Shown in pieces: positions 26,648 through 47,465 of a stretch of DNA of 64,000 bases (the stretch's first letter is position 1; each line of letters opens with the position of its first letter). The stretch is taken from NCBI GenBank assembly GCA_044892525.1, contig CM097885.1, positions 36,148,001 through 36,212,000 on the forward strand, written 5' to 3'. Under the pieces are notes generated by a model that was not told where the DNA came from, ran no database searches, and saw only the letters and a program-made list of their open reading frames with translations. Source of the DNA: Schmidtea polychroa. Taxonomy: Eukaryota. The translations under genes were made by a program, and so were the position numbers.

Positions 26648-27071
26648 TATAAAGTAATGTTTTTAAACGATTTTAATTTTAATTTTTTTCTATTAATTTA
26701 TTTCCCCAAATACCCCAGTGGTTGAATCAGAGGATTCGCGTCAACTTGCTATATTTGATTATATAATTATCCAATTGTAATAAAATATTAATGTAATAAT
26801 ACATAAGTTAGTTTCTTCTTTTACAAACACCAAGTAATATTTGACAAAATTAAAATAAAAAATCCTGCTTGATATTATATTACGATATAAATGTTTTGGA
26901 TAATAGGCAGAAATATTTACTAGATTTTACGGATAAATTTTTTTAATTTGGCAATAATAATTAATGATAGTTGCTTTCCAGAAAAAAATTGAAGTAAATA
27001 CCAATAAATCATGGTAAAACGCGACATAAATTTATAAAAATTATTAAAAGAGAAAGCAATGAATTTTTTCA

Positions 27072-27228
<157 letters not shown>

Positions 27229-28183
27229 TTTAATAAATAAAAATGAAATTCAGTTAAGTATGAAATAGATTACTTAAGGTTTCAAAGTATGGATAAAAGC
27301 TTTCTAATATACTGAGCTCAATTATTAGTATAAGCTTTACCCGGTTGAATAGGAATTGTTATATATGAAAAAATATTATTTTGATTATTACTTTTGTTCT
27401 CCTTTAATCTGCCGATGTGATTTTCATATAAAAAAAATTTTAATATCTTTCATTGCAATGATAAAGAATTCACAATTCATATATTTCAATTATAGTTCCT
27501 GCAATTCAAATGATCATTATCATAATCTTTTATCTCATTTAGCTCTCTTTGGCTTGTTTTTTATATAGCAAAGAAATTCTCAATTTAGAAATTTGTAATA
27601 TTTTCATAAGTTGCTATTACTGATTTATAAAATGTCCCAAAAATTTGATTAATTTTTGAGGATATTCTCTTGTGAGTGAAGCAAACTTAATTCACAATTA
27701 TTTCTTACAAAATGCTCTGAAAGCTAAATTTTATTATATTTAATTAATGTAATAATAAATTGATAATATATTATAATATAAATTCCCCTTACTGTATATA
27801 TTCATTTACTAATATTTATGTAGATTTATTTAAGTAAATATTGATTTAAATATTCATTAAAACAAAGAATGTTGTCAAAGCTAATTTAAAAAATATATAT
27901 ATATATATATATTAATATGGTAAATGAGTGAAAAGAATTGTATTTTCTTGACCATTATTATGTTGATATTATTATTTATTATTGTAGTGTCAGTGTACTG
28001 CGTCAGAAAGTTCTAGATATCAAAATAGTCACCAATAAAAATTATTACGTTTGAGACAATTTGAAGTTTATTTGAACAGCGCTTGTTTATATTCCACAGA
28101 ATTCCAAACAATATAATCACCAAATATAAGCACCAAATGTTTTTTTTAATATATTTTAAGAAAACACTGCTCTCAATAAAATT

Positions 28184-28746
28184 TATTGAGAATACCTAAA
28201 TAATAAAATCCAATAATTATTAAATTAATAAAATGATCAGGAATGTACTGGAGGAAGGAATTTAAACTAAAATCAATATTAGTAGGTGTTGTTAGATTTT
28301 AGACTATAAAAGAACTACACAACCTGAATTAAAACAAGATACGTTGTAAAGAAAAGAAGAAAACAGAATTAAAACGAAATCCAAGGTGAATTACGAAGTT
28401 ACAGGAGAAGCGATTTAAAACAAATTAAAGTTATCGAGTAATTCATATTAAAGCTAAGAAAGCAACTAGATCGAATCTACCGATCATCGAAATCAGCAAC
28501 ATTAGTCAAGAGGTTATACGCGAGGTTATATACAAGGTTAAACGCGCTATTCCTCTCGAAGGGTTACAATAAGTACTCAAGTCATTGTGGTAATATTGAA
28601 TTATTTGTGTCGCTGTAAATTGGAAATCAATTGTGTTAATCAATAAAAGTTAATGTTGTCATGATGTTGTCATTGTTGCTAATTAAGGCATGCTTTGAAG
28701 CCAGATCAATAATTGGTATTATTAAATTTCACCGATAACCTCAACA
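28184..28746 (+). mobile_element. Solo LTR related to the 12438-13414 family
   Basis: The start TATTGAGAATACCTAAATAA matches the reverse complement of the 13414 end (TGTTGAGGATACCTAAATAA). It ends ATAACCTCAACA, has a 4-bp TSD AATT, and contains an internal AATAAA. Confidence 0.7.
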
Positions 28747-29285
28747 AATTCAAGAAAATAAGTCAAGTTCACCGAACGTTACCAGAACCAAAGATTTTCT
28801 ATAGTTGGCAAATAATGAAATTTCCTTCAAATATTTAAAAGATTTTGCTAAAAAAAATTTTAAATAAATATTTAGTAAAAGATCTTCAAATAATAATTTA
28901 ATTTATTTCCTACATTTAATCAATTATCTGGCGTTTGCAATCCAAAGATAACATTATTTAATCAATTAATTTAGTAATTAATTATTTAATCTTATCATTA
29001 ACTACTTATTTTAGTCGTCAGTCTTTATCCCACTGTGACATTTTTTTGTTAACATTAAACGTTCCAATGTTTATAAGCGACAATATTTATTGCAAATGTT
29101 ACAGATATTATTAAAAGATTTTAAAGGTCATTCAAAACATATAATAAATACATAAATAAATAAAAATATATAATAAAAAATAAATAAATAAAATTAATTA
29201 ATAAAAATAAATAAATAAAAATAAATAAATAAAATCATGATTCAATATGACTTTAATATTTATAATTATAATAATAATTATAATA

Positions 29286-30635
29286 TAGGGTTTCCAAAAA
29301 AGTTTCATCCTTTTCCAAAAAAGTTTCATCCTTTCCCAAAAAAGTTTCATATTTTTCCACAAAATTTCAACCTCAAATGTAGAAATATTAATATTAATGA
29401 AAAACCAAAGATAAAATCAATGTTATTTTATGAATTCTTTAAATTTCCCGCCATTTTTGAGGATATAATAAAGCATATTTAAGCCCCAATGGCACCAAGA
29501 ACAAGACTCACTGACCATCTCAGAGAACTTATATGCGGCAAATACAATGCCTTAAAACCGATTGTTAAAATTGCCGAAGAGTTGGAATTGAATGTTAAAA
29601 CGGTTACAGCAGTCATTAAAATATATAAAGAAACTGGAAGAATAAAATCCGCAATCAAAAAATGCGGGAGAAAGAAGAAAATAACGCCGGAGCAGGTTGA
29701 TTTTATAAAAAACGAAATCAACGAGGAAGTTTCAATAACTTTAAACACCTTGAAATCCAAAATACTAGAAAAATTCAACGTTTCGTTATCAAAAAGTACA
29801 ATATCCAACGCAATTGAAGCTTTCCATTATAGCTTTAAGAGAGTTACATTGGTTCCTATGGCACGAAATACGACTGAGAATAAAGCAAAACGTTTTCAAT
29901 ACGCGTGTGATTTTACCCAAATATCGCATGAGAGTTTCATATTTTTGGATGAATGTGGAATTAGCTGCAGCTTACGCCGATCTTATGGCAGAAGTTTGAG
30001 GGGAACTTCCCAAGAAAAATTGTCAGAGCTATCAGAAGCCAAAATATTTCAATATCCGCCGCAATCACTCAGAATGGTATTTATTTTTTCGAATACATTT
30101 TTTCAGCTTACAACGGTGAAAAATATGGACTATTTATTGCTAATTTGTGTGAGAAGTTGAGATCTGAAGGAATTACGAACCGGTGTTTTGTGATGGATAA
30201 TGTTCCTTTCCACAAAATGATAGCCATAAGAGAATTGATCAATAGCGAAGGGCATAGTGTATTATTCTTGCCGTCTTATAGCCCGCAACTAAATCCAATT
30301 GAGAATTTATTCTCGAAGTGCAAAGGTCTGATCAAAGATGCAAACTGTGATACCAAAGAACAGCTTTTGGATGCAATTCGATCAGCAAGCAGTTTAATTA
30401 CGGAAGAGGATTGCGAAGGCTACTTTTCTAACATGCTTTCGTTTATTGGGAAAGCTTTTGCTGATGAAGATTTTTAAATAATTACCTTAATCGTGTACTT
30501 CCTTTTTAATTTATTTTAATATTTGTCGATGAAACGTTTTTAAAAAAGGATGAAACTTTTTTGGAAAAGGATGAAACTTTTTTGGAAAAGGATGAAACTT
30601 TTTTGGAAAAGGATGAAACTTTTCTGGAAACCCTG
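29286..30635 (+). mobile_element. Tc1/IS630-like DD34E transposon (1350 bp)
   Basis: TA TSDs and TIR (C/T)AGGGTTTCCA.AAAAGTTTCATCC, built from 21-bp repeats. Confidence 0.92.
29489..30477 (+). pseudogene. DD34E transposase with a single frameshift
   Basis: HTH N-terminus, FLDE, and MDNVPFHK...PSYSPQLNPIE with 34 residues between D and E. A -1 shift near 30010 joins ORF 29489-30160 to the frame of ORF 30145-30477. Confidence 0.88.
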
Positions 30636-30817
30636 TAACAAACTCCGTTTTTATTTGGTTAAAAAGATAATTATCATTATATATTTTTTCATTAATGCTT
30701 ATGTTTTAATGAAATTTAATAAATATGCTCTTAAATAAATGAGAAATTGAGGTTACCATTTCATTTACCAAACAAGTTGTAATTATAAAATGCTTTTAAT
30801 TTTGCAGGTAATTCTCA

Positions 30818-38051
<7,234 letters not shown>

Positions 38052-40715
38052 CGAGAATTCTCTTAACAATTAACTGTATTAACAGAATACAAATAACTAA
38101 CATTCATTTTGTGGAAGAAATATCTTTTTAATATATATAAAATATAACTAGTTTTTTATTTCATTTATCTTAATGTATTTTTAAAGAATTTTTTCGCATG
38201 TCAACTTATGAAATTTATTTAATTTTTATAAAACTTCACTAAAAATAATATTTTAAAAAGCTATTAATATATTTCTGTAAAATAATACTTTCGATATTCT
38301 AATACATTTTATACGTATTTTTTATATTTTGATGTACGATTCAAAGAGAACCTCAGACTTTTTGTTGAAATATTTTGGGAAAACATAATTTATTTTACCA
38401 TTAAACTTTACTAAAAATATCTACTCTCAGAATAGGTGGTCAAATATGTCATTTTGAATTTATTCATTAAATTGATAATCAAGTTTTGCTGACAGATTGT
38501 CAACATTTTTTGATAGAAATGAATAAAAGCCCTTACATTTAATTATGAACATCTACTTTTGATATTCTACATTTAGATCTCGTTTATTCAGAATATACAT
38601 TTAGAATATACCTTTATTAATTTTTTTAAATTATTCAAAATTTTAAAATTATTCAAAAAGAAAAAAAATATTTAAAATTTTTTTTTATAACTTTATTTTC
38701 TTTGTAAATTATCTACAGGCTCTTTATGCATTTTATTCTGGCCGTTATTTTTTTAACTACTAAGAACAAGAAAATAAACTTTATTAGTAAAATTTATTAG
38801 TAAATTTGGTGTAAAAGTTAAAACAGAAAAACACAAGTTTGTAATATTTGATTTGAAGTTTCCGGAACACAGAATTAATGTGCGAAAACAAATATTTCTA
38901 CAATTAAATCCAAATTTTATTTAAAATTGCACAAAGATAACTAAGCAATTGACATTTTTGATAGATGACAAAACATATATTGCTTCAACACCGCAATGTG
39001 AGAAAGCATTTAATGAATTATGAGAAAATTAAAACTAATATATTCGAAATGCCAATAAAGATCAAACTTTCAAACGGTAAAATATTTCAAATGAAATGAC
39101 ACAATAATGAAATAATATTATTTAAAAAAACTAACCGTAAAAACATAATTTTTAAAAGTATATATCTCACTCTTACATTCTCTCAAAATTAAAATTTTAA
39201 TATGCTTGCTTAATCATATGAAATATTTAATACTACGCAAAAATCACCTAGTTAAGAAATTACTTTTAAAAGAATATTTTATTCATTTTTAAAAGAAATT
39301 TTAAAAATATTAATAAAATTGAAAATTTCCAAAATGTTAATTATAGTACTTCTGTGAGTTTTTGTGTGTATTGTGTGTGTATTGTATGTCTGAAACTGTC
39401 TAATATTTCATGTTTATTATTACATTATTATTATTATTATTCGATCCTAAAGAGATAAATACTTGAACTGTTATATCATAAAATAGATTTTTGAATATAC
39501 CAGATTTGGAATTATTTAACAAGAAGCATAATCATAAAATCAATAATATATTATTCTGATTTTAAATTGAACTAAATATTCAAGAGCTCTTCCAGCTATT
39601 TTTATTTTATTCGTGATTGCATATAAACTTTAGAAATTGCGCATTTTTTATTATAAAGATTAAAATTAAACGGTAATTTTATTATAATAAAGAAACTCTC
39701 ATATTTCCTGCAAATTTGAAAGTTGAGAACACGAAAATATTTACCGAAATTGACGGAATGTTGACGTGAAATCAAATCTGTCAAATAATTCACTTTAAGT
39801 GTACATAAAATCAAAATTAATATTCTATTAATAATAATTTTTTTCTTTATTTTTAAAATATTTTTTTCTTCGAGAAATAAATTTAAAAAAATTGCCGAAA
39901 GTTATTAATTAATTTAAAATTAAATAAATTTATTTATTTATTTTCATTTCTTAAAGATTAAAATTAATAATATAGAATTCAATTGCTTATTTAGTTACAA
40001 GGGCTAAAATTAGTGTTTTAAGTAAAAGAGTAACTGAACTAATAAAAATTAATATCAAGAGTGGAATATATAACAAAAGAGAAGTTGCACTGATGGGAAA
40101 GAATTAAACATAAGGGGTTTTGGAAATATTGAAATTAAATATGAAAAATAGATTATGTTGCGGGTAGCTACTCGGATGACCCCTTTTAGTGCAGCTTTCA
40201 GTCTAGAGGATGAATGCCCACATCGATTCCGCTCGTCCTTCGTTTTGTCATCGCCGAGCAGGACCCGCACATAACCTACATTCCAACATAGCACCCGTGA
40301 ATTGCTTCACGTTGGAACTGTGCTATGCCGGCGAGACGCCAAAAGCAGGTGAGCCAGCTCCTTCGGACTACTCCTTACTGAGGCCTCGACTTCCCAACCC
40401 TGACTGCCGATAGAAGGACTTACGTCTAATCATTCCATCACCCCATCGCAAGGTTCCTAGCTGGGGTTGCCAACTGACTAATGCTCCTCATTTTCTACGA
40501 CTCTCAATGTTATTCACCAATTTCAGATCGACTATTTTAAGATAAACAAAAACACATATATAGACGAGAATGGTTTATTGTCAGAATTATTATACAAGTA
40601 CATTGAACACTTAGATACTAAAATTCCTAAGAATAGGGAAAACACAAGGGTAAACAATGATGTCAGAAGATGTCCAGGTCTCTCTAGAAGATGAGGCCAG
40701 TTTACGGAGCAATTC

Positions 40716-41459
40716 TCATTTTTCCCACTCCGAGTCGGCGAGTAACTCGTTTAAATCAAAGAATTCGGCAGCGTTTTCTTCCCATGTTGCCCCGGCGGCG
40801 GAGATGACTCGCCCTGAGATTCCGGTCGTTAGATCGACTACTATTGGATTGCTGTTGCCGTCGACTGGGGTGACGGTTGATGGTAGAATCCGTTTGATGG
40901 AAACCCGCTCTCGTTGCTTTCGTTTTCGTTCGGCGCGCGACAGTTGCCGACGTTTAGGTTTTGAAGCTGTTGGGGTTTGCACTATTGAGGACGATGCGGT
41001 GTTTGGCTGCACTTTATTAGTTCCGGTGAATACAACGTCTGGACCACTGGGAGAGAGCTCGGTCTCCACGCACCCATGGCAGGACTTCCCGAGTGGAGAT
41101 GACGGCCCGCCCGAGATCTCGTGGTGCGCTGGAAAAAGATTACTGGCTTCATTAATTGGGATCTTTGCGATTCTCCTAGTGGTTGCTGCTTGGACGTATA
41201 ACTTGTGCAGCGCCTCCGACTGCTCCTTTATTAGGCTTCTCTGCGCCCGACTTTTGGAAATTAGCGCATCTCGACAGTGCTCGCTGCGGTGCAGCTTCTT
41301 CTGAGCCTCTTTCATCTGGGTAGGACTAAACCATGTCCCCTCTAACTCGTCTATTTTTCTTTTGTACTTTCCGATTTGGGCCTGCAGATCCTTGATGATT
41401 GAATTCTTGTCGGAACAAGAGAAACAAGGTCTGAGAATGGTCTTGGAATTGGGTAACAT
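40716..41459 (-). CDS. Uncharacterized LTR-embedded protein (247 aa) with CxxC, coiled coil, basic NLS-like tract, SIM-like motif and acidic tail
   Basis: Intact GC-rich ORF. The ATG lies 9 nt after a strong acceptor (tttccatcttttcttgcag|), and an AATAAA lies about 140 nt after the stop. Confidence 0.7.
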   Translation of the reverse strand: MLPNSKTILRPCFSCSDKNSIIKDLQAQIGKYKRKIDELEGTWFSPTQMKEAQKKLHRSEHCRDALISKSRAQRSLIKEQSEALHKLYVQAATTRRIAKIPINEASNLFPAHHEISGGPSSPLGKSCHGCVETELSPSGPDVVFTGTNKVQPNTASSSIVQTPTASKPKRRQLSRAERKRKQRERVSIKRILPSTVTPVDGNSNPIVVDLTTGISGRVISAAGATWEENAAEFFDLNELLADSEWEK

Positions 41460-43741
41460 TTTGGGTGACTGCAAGAAAAGATGGAAATGAACAATAAATC
41501 AAATCAATTAGAAGGTCGTCGTCTGGTCACATTTATATTTTACTGATCATAGTTGGTTTCATAGACATGAACGGGTGTATCAGCCAAAGAAATTATACTG
41601 CGCTATGGGTCCTCGTTCCCTTTGGGTCATTAAATATAAGAAAATAAATCAGTCAAGCACGATTTTGCACAAGTAAGGAGAAGTATTACTACTGGTGAGA
41701 GGAATTCTAGGTCGAGGAAACTACGGTTATCTAAATCGCTTGAAGTTAGTAATTAACGTTTGAAGAGAGTTGAATTACATTGCCGACTTTTCCTAACAAA
41801 TAGTTTCGATGAATGTATCCTGTACGTAGGTCGATTAATTTTAGATTAATTATTTAGGGTGAATAGAAATGCATAAATTATTCTTAATTAGTTCATTTAT
41901 GATGAACGGGAAGACATTATAAAAAATTTTTAATTATTTATTTATGATAGGCGACAAATTATTCAACATGAGATAATAACTAAATTAACCCTACTAAGTA
42001 GACAAAATCAGTCTGACAGTTGGCTATTAGTTCCGACCAGTGGGAATCTAATGACTGCGAGTGATTTAATTTGATAAGCCAAAAATTCCAGCTGACACGT
42101 CCGGTCTGGTTTGTTATGAGTACAAGTCGGTGTGAATCTACACACCGTGATTAGCTACTGTAGTGTGTCTGAAAACGGGTGACGCATGCAAGTTTTTATT
42201 TCTCATAGTTAATTCCACTCCTAATCACTAACTGGTGCCCTCAACTGTTTACATGCTGGCATGTTCTCTGGCTACTATCTCGATCAACCCACTGCACAGA
42301 TGCTCACATTTCCCTGCTCATGATGATGTCATACTAATTCTCCAGGAAATGCTGGAAAAATTATGATTCTCGGTATCGCAAGAGTTGGATATAATTTGCC
42401 CCCCAGGGGGAACTTCTCAACTCCTCAAATGCGGTTTATTGATCCGTTCCCGATATTTTGGAGATTTCCTACCCATCCTCGCTGGATTATCAACTCCATG
42501 AAACACGGGTAATTTATATTTACTAGGTAAGGATTATCATGTTAGATTGGTTTGTAGAAAAAAAAAATATATTTTTTTGACTCGATTTGATTTCGTTTTA
42601 CTCTTGAGATTATTTGGCACTAACCGGTTTATGTAATTAGAAAAATTTGTGGAAGTTAATTCCTTTATATAATTCTAAAATCAATTGAAGTAAATCATTT
42701 TATGCAATTCAAAAATAGTTGAAGTAACCCATTTGACGTAATTCAAAACTTTATGCGAGACGACTTGTTCATGGAATTCCAACGCTCATCCGAGACTACT
42801 TATTTTCTGTAATCCACTGCAGCTACATCTTTGAGAGAACACATAGACGAGGAAAATAATAGCACGGAAGGCCATAAAACACAGCAGGTATAAATTTCGA
42901 GTGAAACGTACGAACATCGAAGATATGTCACCTATAGCATTTGAACGACTCTCGATGAGCAACCTACATAGAGCTTTAGAACGATAGAGGAAATTTGGGC
43001 TTAGTAGAAACGATATCTTGAGACGATAGTGTGACACCCTCAATCACTGCGCGAATACATAAAAACTCTCTGATCGTTTCTTCCTACATCTCTATTTTCC
43101 ATCGCTATACGACTTCCAATTTACTGGCAACATTTTCCTATAGAATTTAGTCGCACCTTCAGCGACGGACCCGTGAGGAAGCTCCCACATTACGGCCCGA
43201 ATCAGCTGCGTGATTGAAATACCCTAGGCCCACCGGTGGAGCTCCCGAAGGCACCTCACACCATGACACTAGAGTATCTCAACGCCACGTTTCTCGAAAA
43301 TTTGAATGGCATTAAATAATAACTCATTAAAACAGTTCATAAAAGTCAATAATTCCTAGAAATCAATCATTCATAGCAAATCATTTATTGTTAAATACTA
43401 AATCGTTAAATTACACCAAGTATTCGAAATCAAACGAAAAGAAAACAAGTTCTTTAAATTAAAATTATAATTAAATCATACGCATAACTATTACTTTAAA
43501 ATTCAAATTATGAAATCAAAAGATCTTTACCGAGTGTTTAATAGAGGTATAGGCTGAGTCGAAAAGGGGTACTGTGTCGAAGTAATAAATGTTCGAAATT
43601 ATCTAGATTCAGCTGAAATTTCTTGGATTCCGGAATAGTCCTCGTGAGTTGCTGTGGATTGATTGTTTAATTGCGGTTTCGTCGTAGAATGGATCTATTG
43701 AGGTGGTTAGATTAACTGTGATTATTTTAAACTTTACTTAC

Positions 43742-43830
43742 CTATTGAGGTGGTTAGATTAACTGTAATTATTATGATTTTAATGCCTGCTTATATATTA
43801 ATTTTTTTGTTTGCGCGGACCAATCAGAAT
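43742..43830 (-). promoter_or_regulatory. Putative LTR core promoter and first-exon donor
   Basis: On the minus strand: ATTGG (CCAAT) near 43820, TATATAA near 43790-43797, an Inr-like CAGTT near 43765, then the donor AG|GTAAGT at 43742/43741. A 25-bp direct repeat spans this start region. Confidence 0.5.
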
Positions 43831-44159
43831 TGAGTACCGCTTAATTTTATTAATTTAATTTATTTTCCTTGTTTTAGAGTTATTTCTTCTTATTTTCTTT
43901 ATTAAAATTATGTTTTTATTTATTTTCCTTAATTTCCTTATTATTTATTATATTTTGCGTTATTTTCTGTCATTCTATTGTCCTATTTTAATTTTTCTTA
44001 TTTTTATATTTTTTTTTGTTTTAATTCTTATTTCTAATTATTGTTTTTCTTATGTTCTATTCTATTTTATTCGTCAATCTATTTATTTTATTTCTTATTT
44101 TTACTTTAGTTACATTCGACCTAATTTCCCAGCTACCCTTCGATTCAGCCCAACAATTA

Positions 44160-44735
44160 TAATTGCAAATCTTTACACTGCAAATGAAATTTACCCAGAA
44201 ATTATTTTAGGCATCGATATATTAAACGAAATGAACATCAGACTATTGGAATTACATAAATAGTTTATTAGGATAACGAACTATTACCGGAAATTTAGTA
44301 AAAACTATTCAAGTATGTCCCAACCTTTAGAAAAATAAAAATCATCTAAAGATAAGATTCAATGGTGTGATGAATGTGAAAACGTTTTTGACAAACATAA
44401 ATATCATATGGTCAATGCACCAATACTAACACATCCGAATTTTGGAAAAGAATTAATTCTTGATACAAATGCTAATTTCGACAACAAAGGTGGTATATTA
44501 TCACAAAGAAATAGTTTCAATAACGAAAACGTTATAGCTTATGGTTTTAAAAGTTTAAATACTCATGAGATTGGTTTATTACATAACAAGAAAAGAAATG
44601 TCTGTATTTCACTTCCACACTGATCACAAAGTTTAACATTCATGATGACAACAACGAAACCAATCACAACCCATTTTGAAAATATGATCAACTTTTCGAG
44701 TACTTTGAATATGAAACTAGAATATCGCAAAGATG
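44160..44735 (+). pseudogene. Decayed Gypsy pol (protease end and RNase H)
   Basis: EIILGIDIL, then APILTHPNFGKELILDTNAN...GGILSQ...VIAYG, then KPITTHF...LEYRK. The protease N-part (DGKELNIRGFGNIEIKY) lies left of the 4-kb LTR, near 40090-40150. Confidence 0.8.
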
Positions 44736-45331
44736 AATTACATTCCACTGGTGTTCCGGTCTTTTGCCCTGAGGCCTTATGGACTATATACTCAATACTT
44801 CGGTCCTTGGAAAATTCATAGAAAGTAATTCTTGAAAAATTCTTGGAAATAATTCTCGGACTTGGAAAAATTATAGACCTAGGAATTGGGAACCAACGCA
44901 AATATTCTTTGTATTTTTGCGAAACATGTAAAATAAAAAGTGGTGGGTATTTACAACAAGCGAGATAAATAATCATTATACATTTCCAAATCATTCTTTT
45001 CTTGTAAAAAATAAGTAAATCATTTACAGGGGAGCGTTGTTAGCAAATCAGATAAAATACATTTTTTATCATCATAGTTTTTCAAAGATTTATATGATTC
45101 TTGTAATAACATGTCATGATTTTTAGAATTTAAATTATAAATAATATCCATTCTTTTTACAGAATTTGGTTATAAAACAATCCATATAATCTTGATAAGA
45201 TATTTTCTTGCTTACACATATTTTTATTATTTTATTTCTATTCTCTTCGCTTTTAAAACATTTGAGAGAATATTTTTTTGCTCTAATATTAGCACAATCC
45301 ATTATGTAATTAACGGGTTTTTCATCTTTAA

Positions 45332-45552
45332 CCCATTTCCTGGGTACACTTGTTAAAGGCGCGATTTAATGTTTTTCTATAATGATTATCCTGGAAGTAG
45401 TGACTCATTTCAACAATAGATGGCACTAGTAGTCTACAAAAAAGATATTCTCCATATTTTTTGTTATAAATGTTCTAATTTATCCAATATGTCATAATAA
45501 ATAACGATTAAAAGTAATTTTTACGTGTAGTTTTCTTTTGGGCGTTAATGGG
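45332..45552. mobile_element. Probable piggyBac-type MITE
   Basis: TTAA-CCCATT ... AATGGG-TTAA. Confidence 0.6.
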
Positions 45553-45731
45553 TTAAAAGTAAAAAGATCACCATTTGTATTTATTAATGATTTTAATTTT
45601 TGACTTGATTCAATTTCTTCATAAATATTTATAAATTCTGGAATTCTATCAATTTTTTAAAAATATGGAATCAGTAGTATCTATTGCATGCATTGAAATT
45701 CGATTTTTAAAAAAAGGTAAAAGAACATTGC

Positions 45732-46470
45732 ATTGGGTTGAAACATAAGTAACGGCCGTTTTATTAGTTTAAAAATCTATATTTTAACAAAATAAAAAAC
45801 AATAAATTAGTCAATAATAAATATGCGTTGTTTACGACATCTTCCTATCAATTTTTTATAATACCTTTCCAGTCCCACCAAACGCATAACATTCTTTATT
45901 GTGGATGAAGATATTTTTTCCTCGAAATATCGCTTGTTCACCGGGCTTAACCATCCTTTGTGCTGCTTCATGTTTCATCGCCCGTAACAATTTGTTAAAC
46001 AAGCGGCTTTTGTGGCCATAAGTTGAGTAATACAGGCAAGCAAAATGGCAGAAATCATGTATCGTTGTTTTTTGTTGTTTTCATTCAAAATGTGTGGGAA
46101 TCAAGATCTGAGATTTTGGACTTCTCCATAGACTTAAGATTTCGAACTATAGTCATTGAACTACAACCCCGTTCATTCTGCCAACTCTCTAGTGGTTTGA
46201 CGTGTGTCATCGTGCAGATATTGATTCAAAAGCTCTCCATCAAACTCATTTGATCGTTCAGAACGAGGAGTGTCGTTGAGGTCAAAATATCCATTTTTGA
46301 ATTTAGCAAACCAATTTCTTGCAGTTTGTTCAGGCATTGCACTTTCTCCATACACTTCACAAATCTTTCGGGTAGCTTCTGCGGCTTTGTCGCCTCGATT
46401 AAGTGCAGAAAGGTGTCGAAAATGCTTATTTTTGTCGACTTGACTCTCCATTTTAATGATCTGAAAAATA
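45732..46470 (-). mobile_element. Decayed, internally deleted mariner element
   Basis: ORF 46173-46451 has a mariner HTH (AAEATRKICEVYG...TARNWFAKFKNG.FDLNDTPRS.R). A mariner-like end, ATTGGGTTGAAACATAAG, lies at 45732. Confidence 0.82.
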
Positions 46471-47149
46471 ACAAAAATTATCTAAGACAAGGACCAGCTC
46501 GGGGAACTTTTGAAGGAAGATGGCCGCCAGACATGAAGAGAACTGCTCCTCTATAATTATTCTTCTGAGTGAAATGATCATGATCTCTTACTTTTTTCAT
46601 ACAAATCATTCAAAGATTTATTACACATTTTGCTGTTTTTCTAAATTCTTTTTTACTGGTCATTTTTAATTTATTATCTGTTTGTAATATTTCAAATAAT
46701 TTATGTTCTAAATTATTATTATTTTTAACTAATTTATCCAGATTTCGTCTCTATGAAATATTTCTCATGATTCAATCAAATCGGGGTAATTACTTTAAAA
46801 ATATAAACAAAATGCTGATGGTATTTCTAGAACCATTGGAAATGTATAAGATTTTTTAATGGAGATTAAAAAGTTTTTAAGTTATTCTAGTAATGAAATT
46901 TTGGATTCTTTATATTGGACAAAAAATTCTTCCAAATTATTTTTTATTAAAATATTTTGAAATCCCTCTATTAGATTTTGTTTTAAATTTATAGATTCTA
47001 AATCCCCATATATAACACCAAAGGGTTTTAATAATTTCTCGTAATTTTCTTTAAACACAATTTGGAATCTTTAATTAGTGGCATTTTTAATTAATTCTGG
47101 TTATTTATCTTTGCAAAGTCTTTCATGTTTTTCTCTCATTTAACAGTTG

Positions 47150-47465
47150 AAGTGTATGATAAACAAAAAGAACATTCATGACTATATTTAGATTTTGTCC
47201 AAGTAACTCTATGAAAACAGCAGTGAGTAAATAACGAAATTAAAGATCATAATAACATGACAATTATAAAAGAATCCATAGAACTTTCAACATTGGGGGT
47301 AAAGTATTAGTAAAAATAGATTAATGAAATAAAGATGATAATCGATACAGAGGTCCTATGGAAATAATAAAGAAAATATGTGAAACAGTTATGAAAATCT
47401 AGATATTTCAAGTTCTACAATCATATGGAATATTGAATGGTTATAACCTTTTAAAGGGGTGAGTA
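47150..47465 (+). pseudogene. Gypsy integrase C-terminal relic with polypurine tract
   Basis: FNIGGKVLVK...KDDNRYRGPMEII (GPY/F-like module) followed by AAAGGGGTGAG. Confidence 0.6.

Larger units (their letters stand above)
40156..44155 (-). mobile_element. Giant (4.0 kb) solo LTR of a Ty3/Gypsy-type element
   Basis: TGTTG...CAACA termini and a 4-bp TSD ATTA (40152-40155 and 44156-44159). It interrupts an older Gypsy protease relic. No gag/pol is visible inside. A minus-strand CCAAT/TATA lies near 43790-43825 and an AATAAA near 40575. Confidence 0.8.

Noticed and set aside
27924..28016. Signal-peptide-like mini-ORF MSEKNCIFLTIIMLILLFIIVVSVYC
   Set aside because: It has no good donor, hydrophobicity is expected from T-rich DNA, and the prohormone already has a clear signal exon at 30818.
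29292..29350. 21-bp repeats resembling a CRISPR or iteron array
   Set aside because: They have no spacers and are the TIR subrepeats of the Tc1-like element in eukaryotic DNA.
40657..41304. 215-aa plus-strand ORF
   Set aside because: It is the antisense shadow of the GC-rich minus-strand ORF. Splice and polyA signals support the minus strand.
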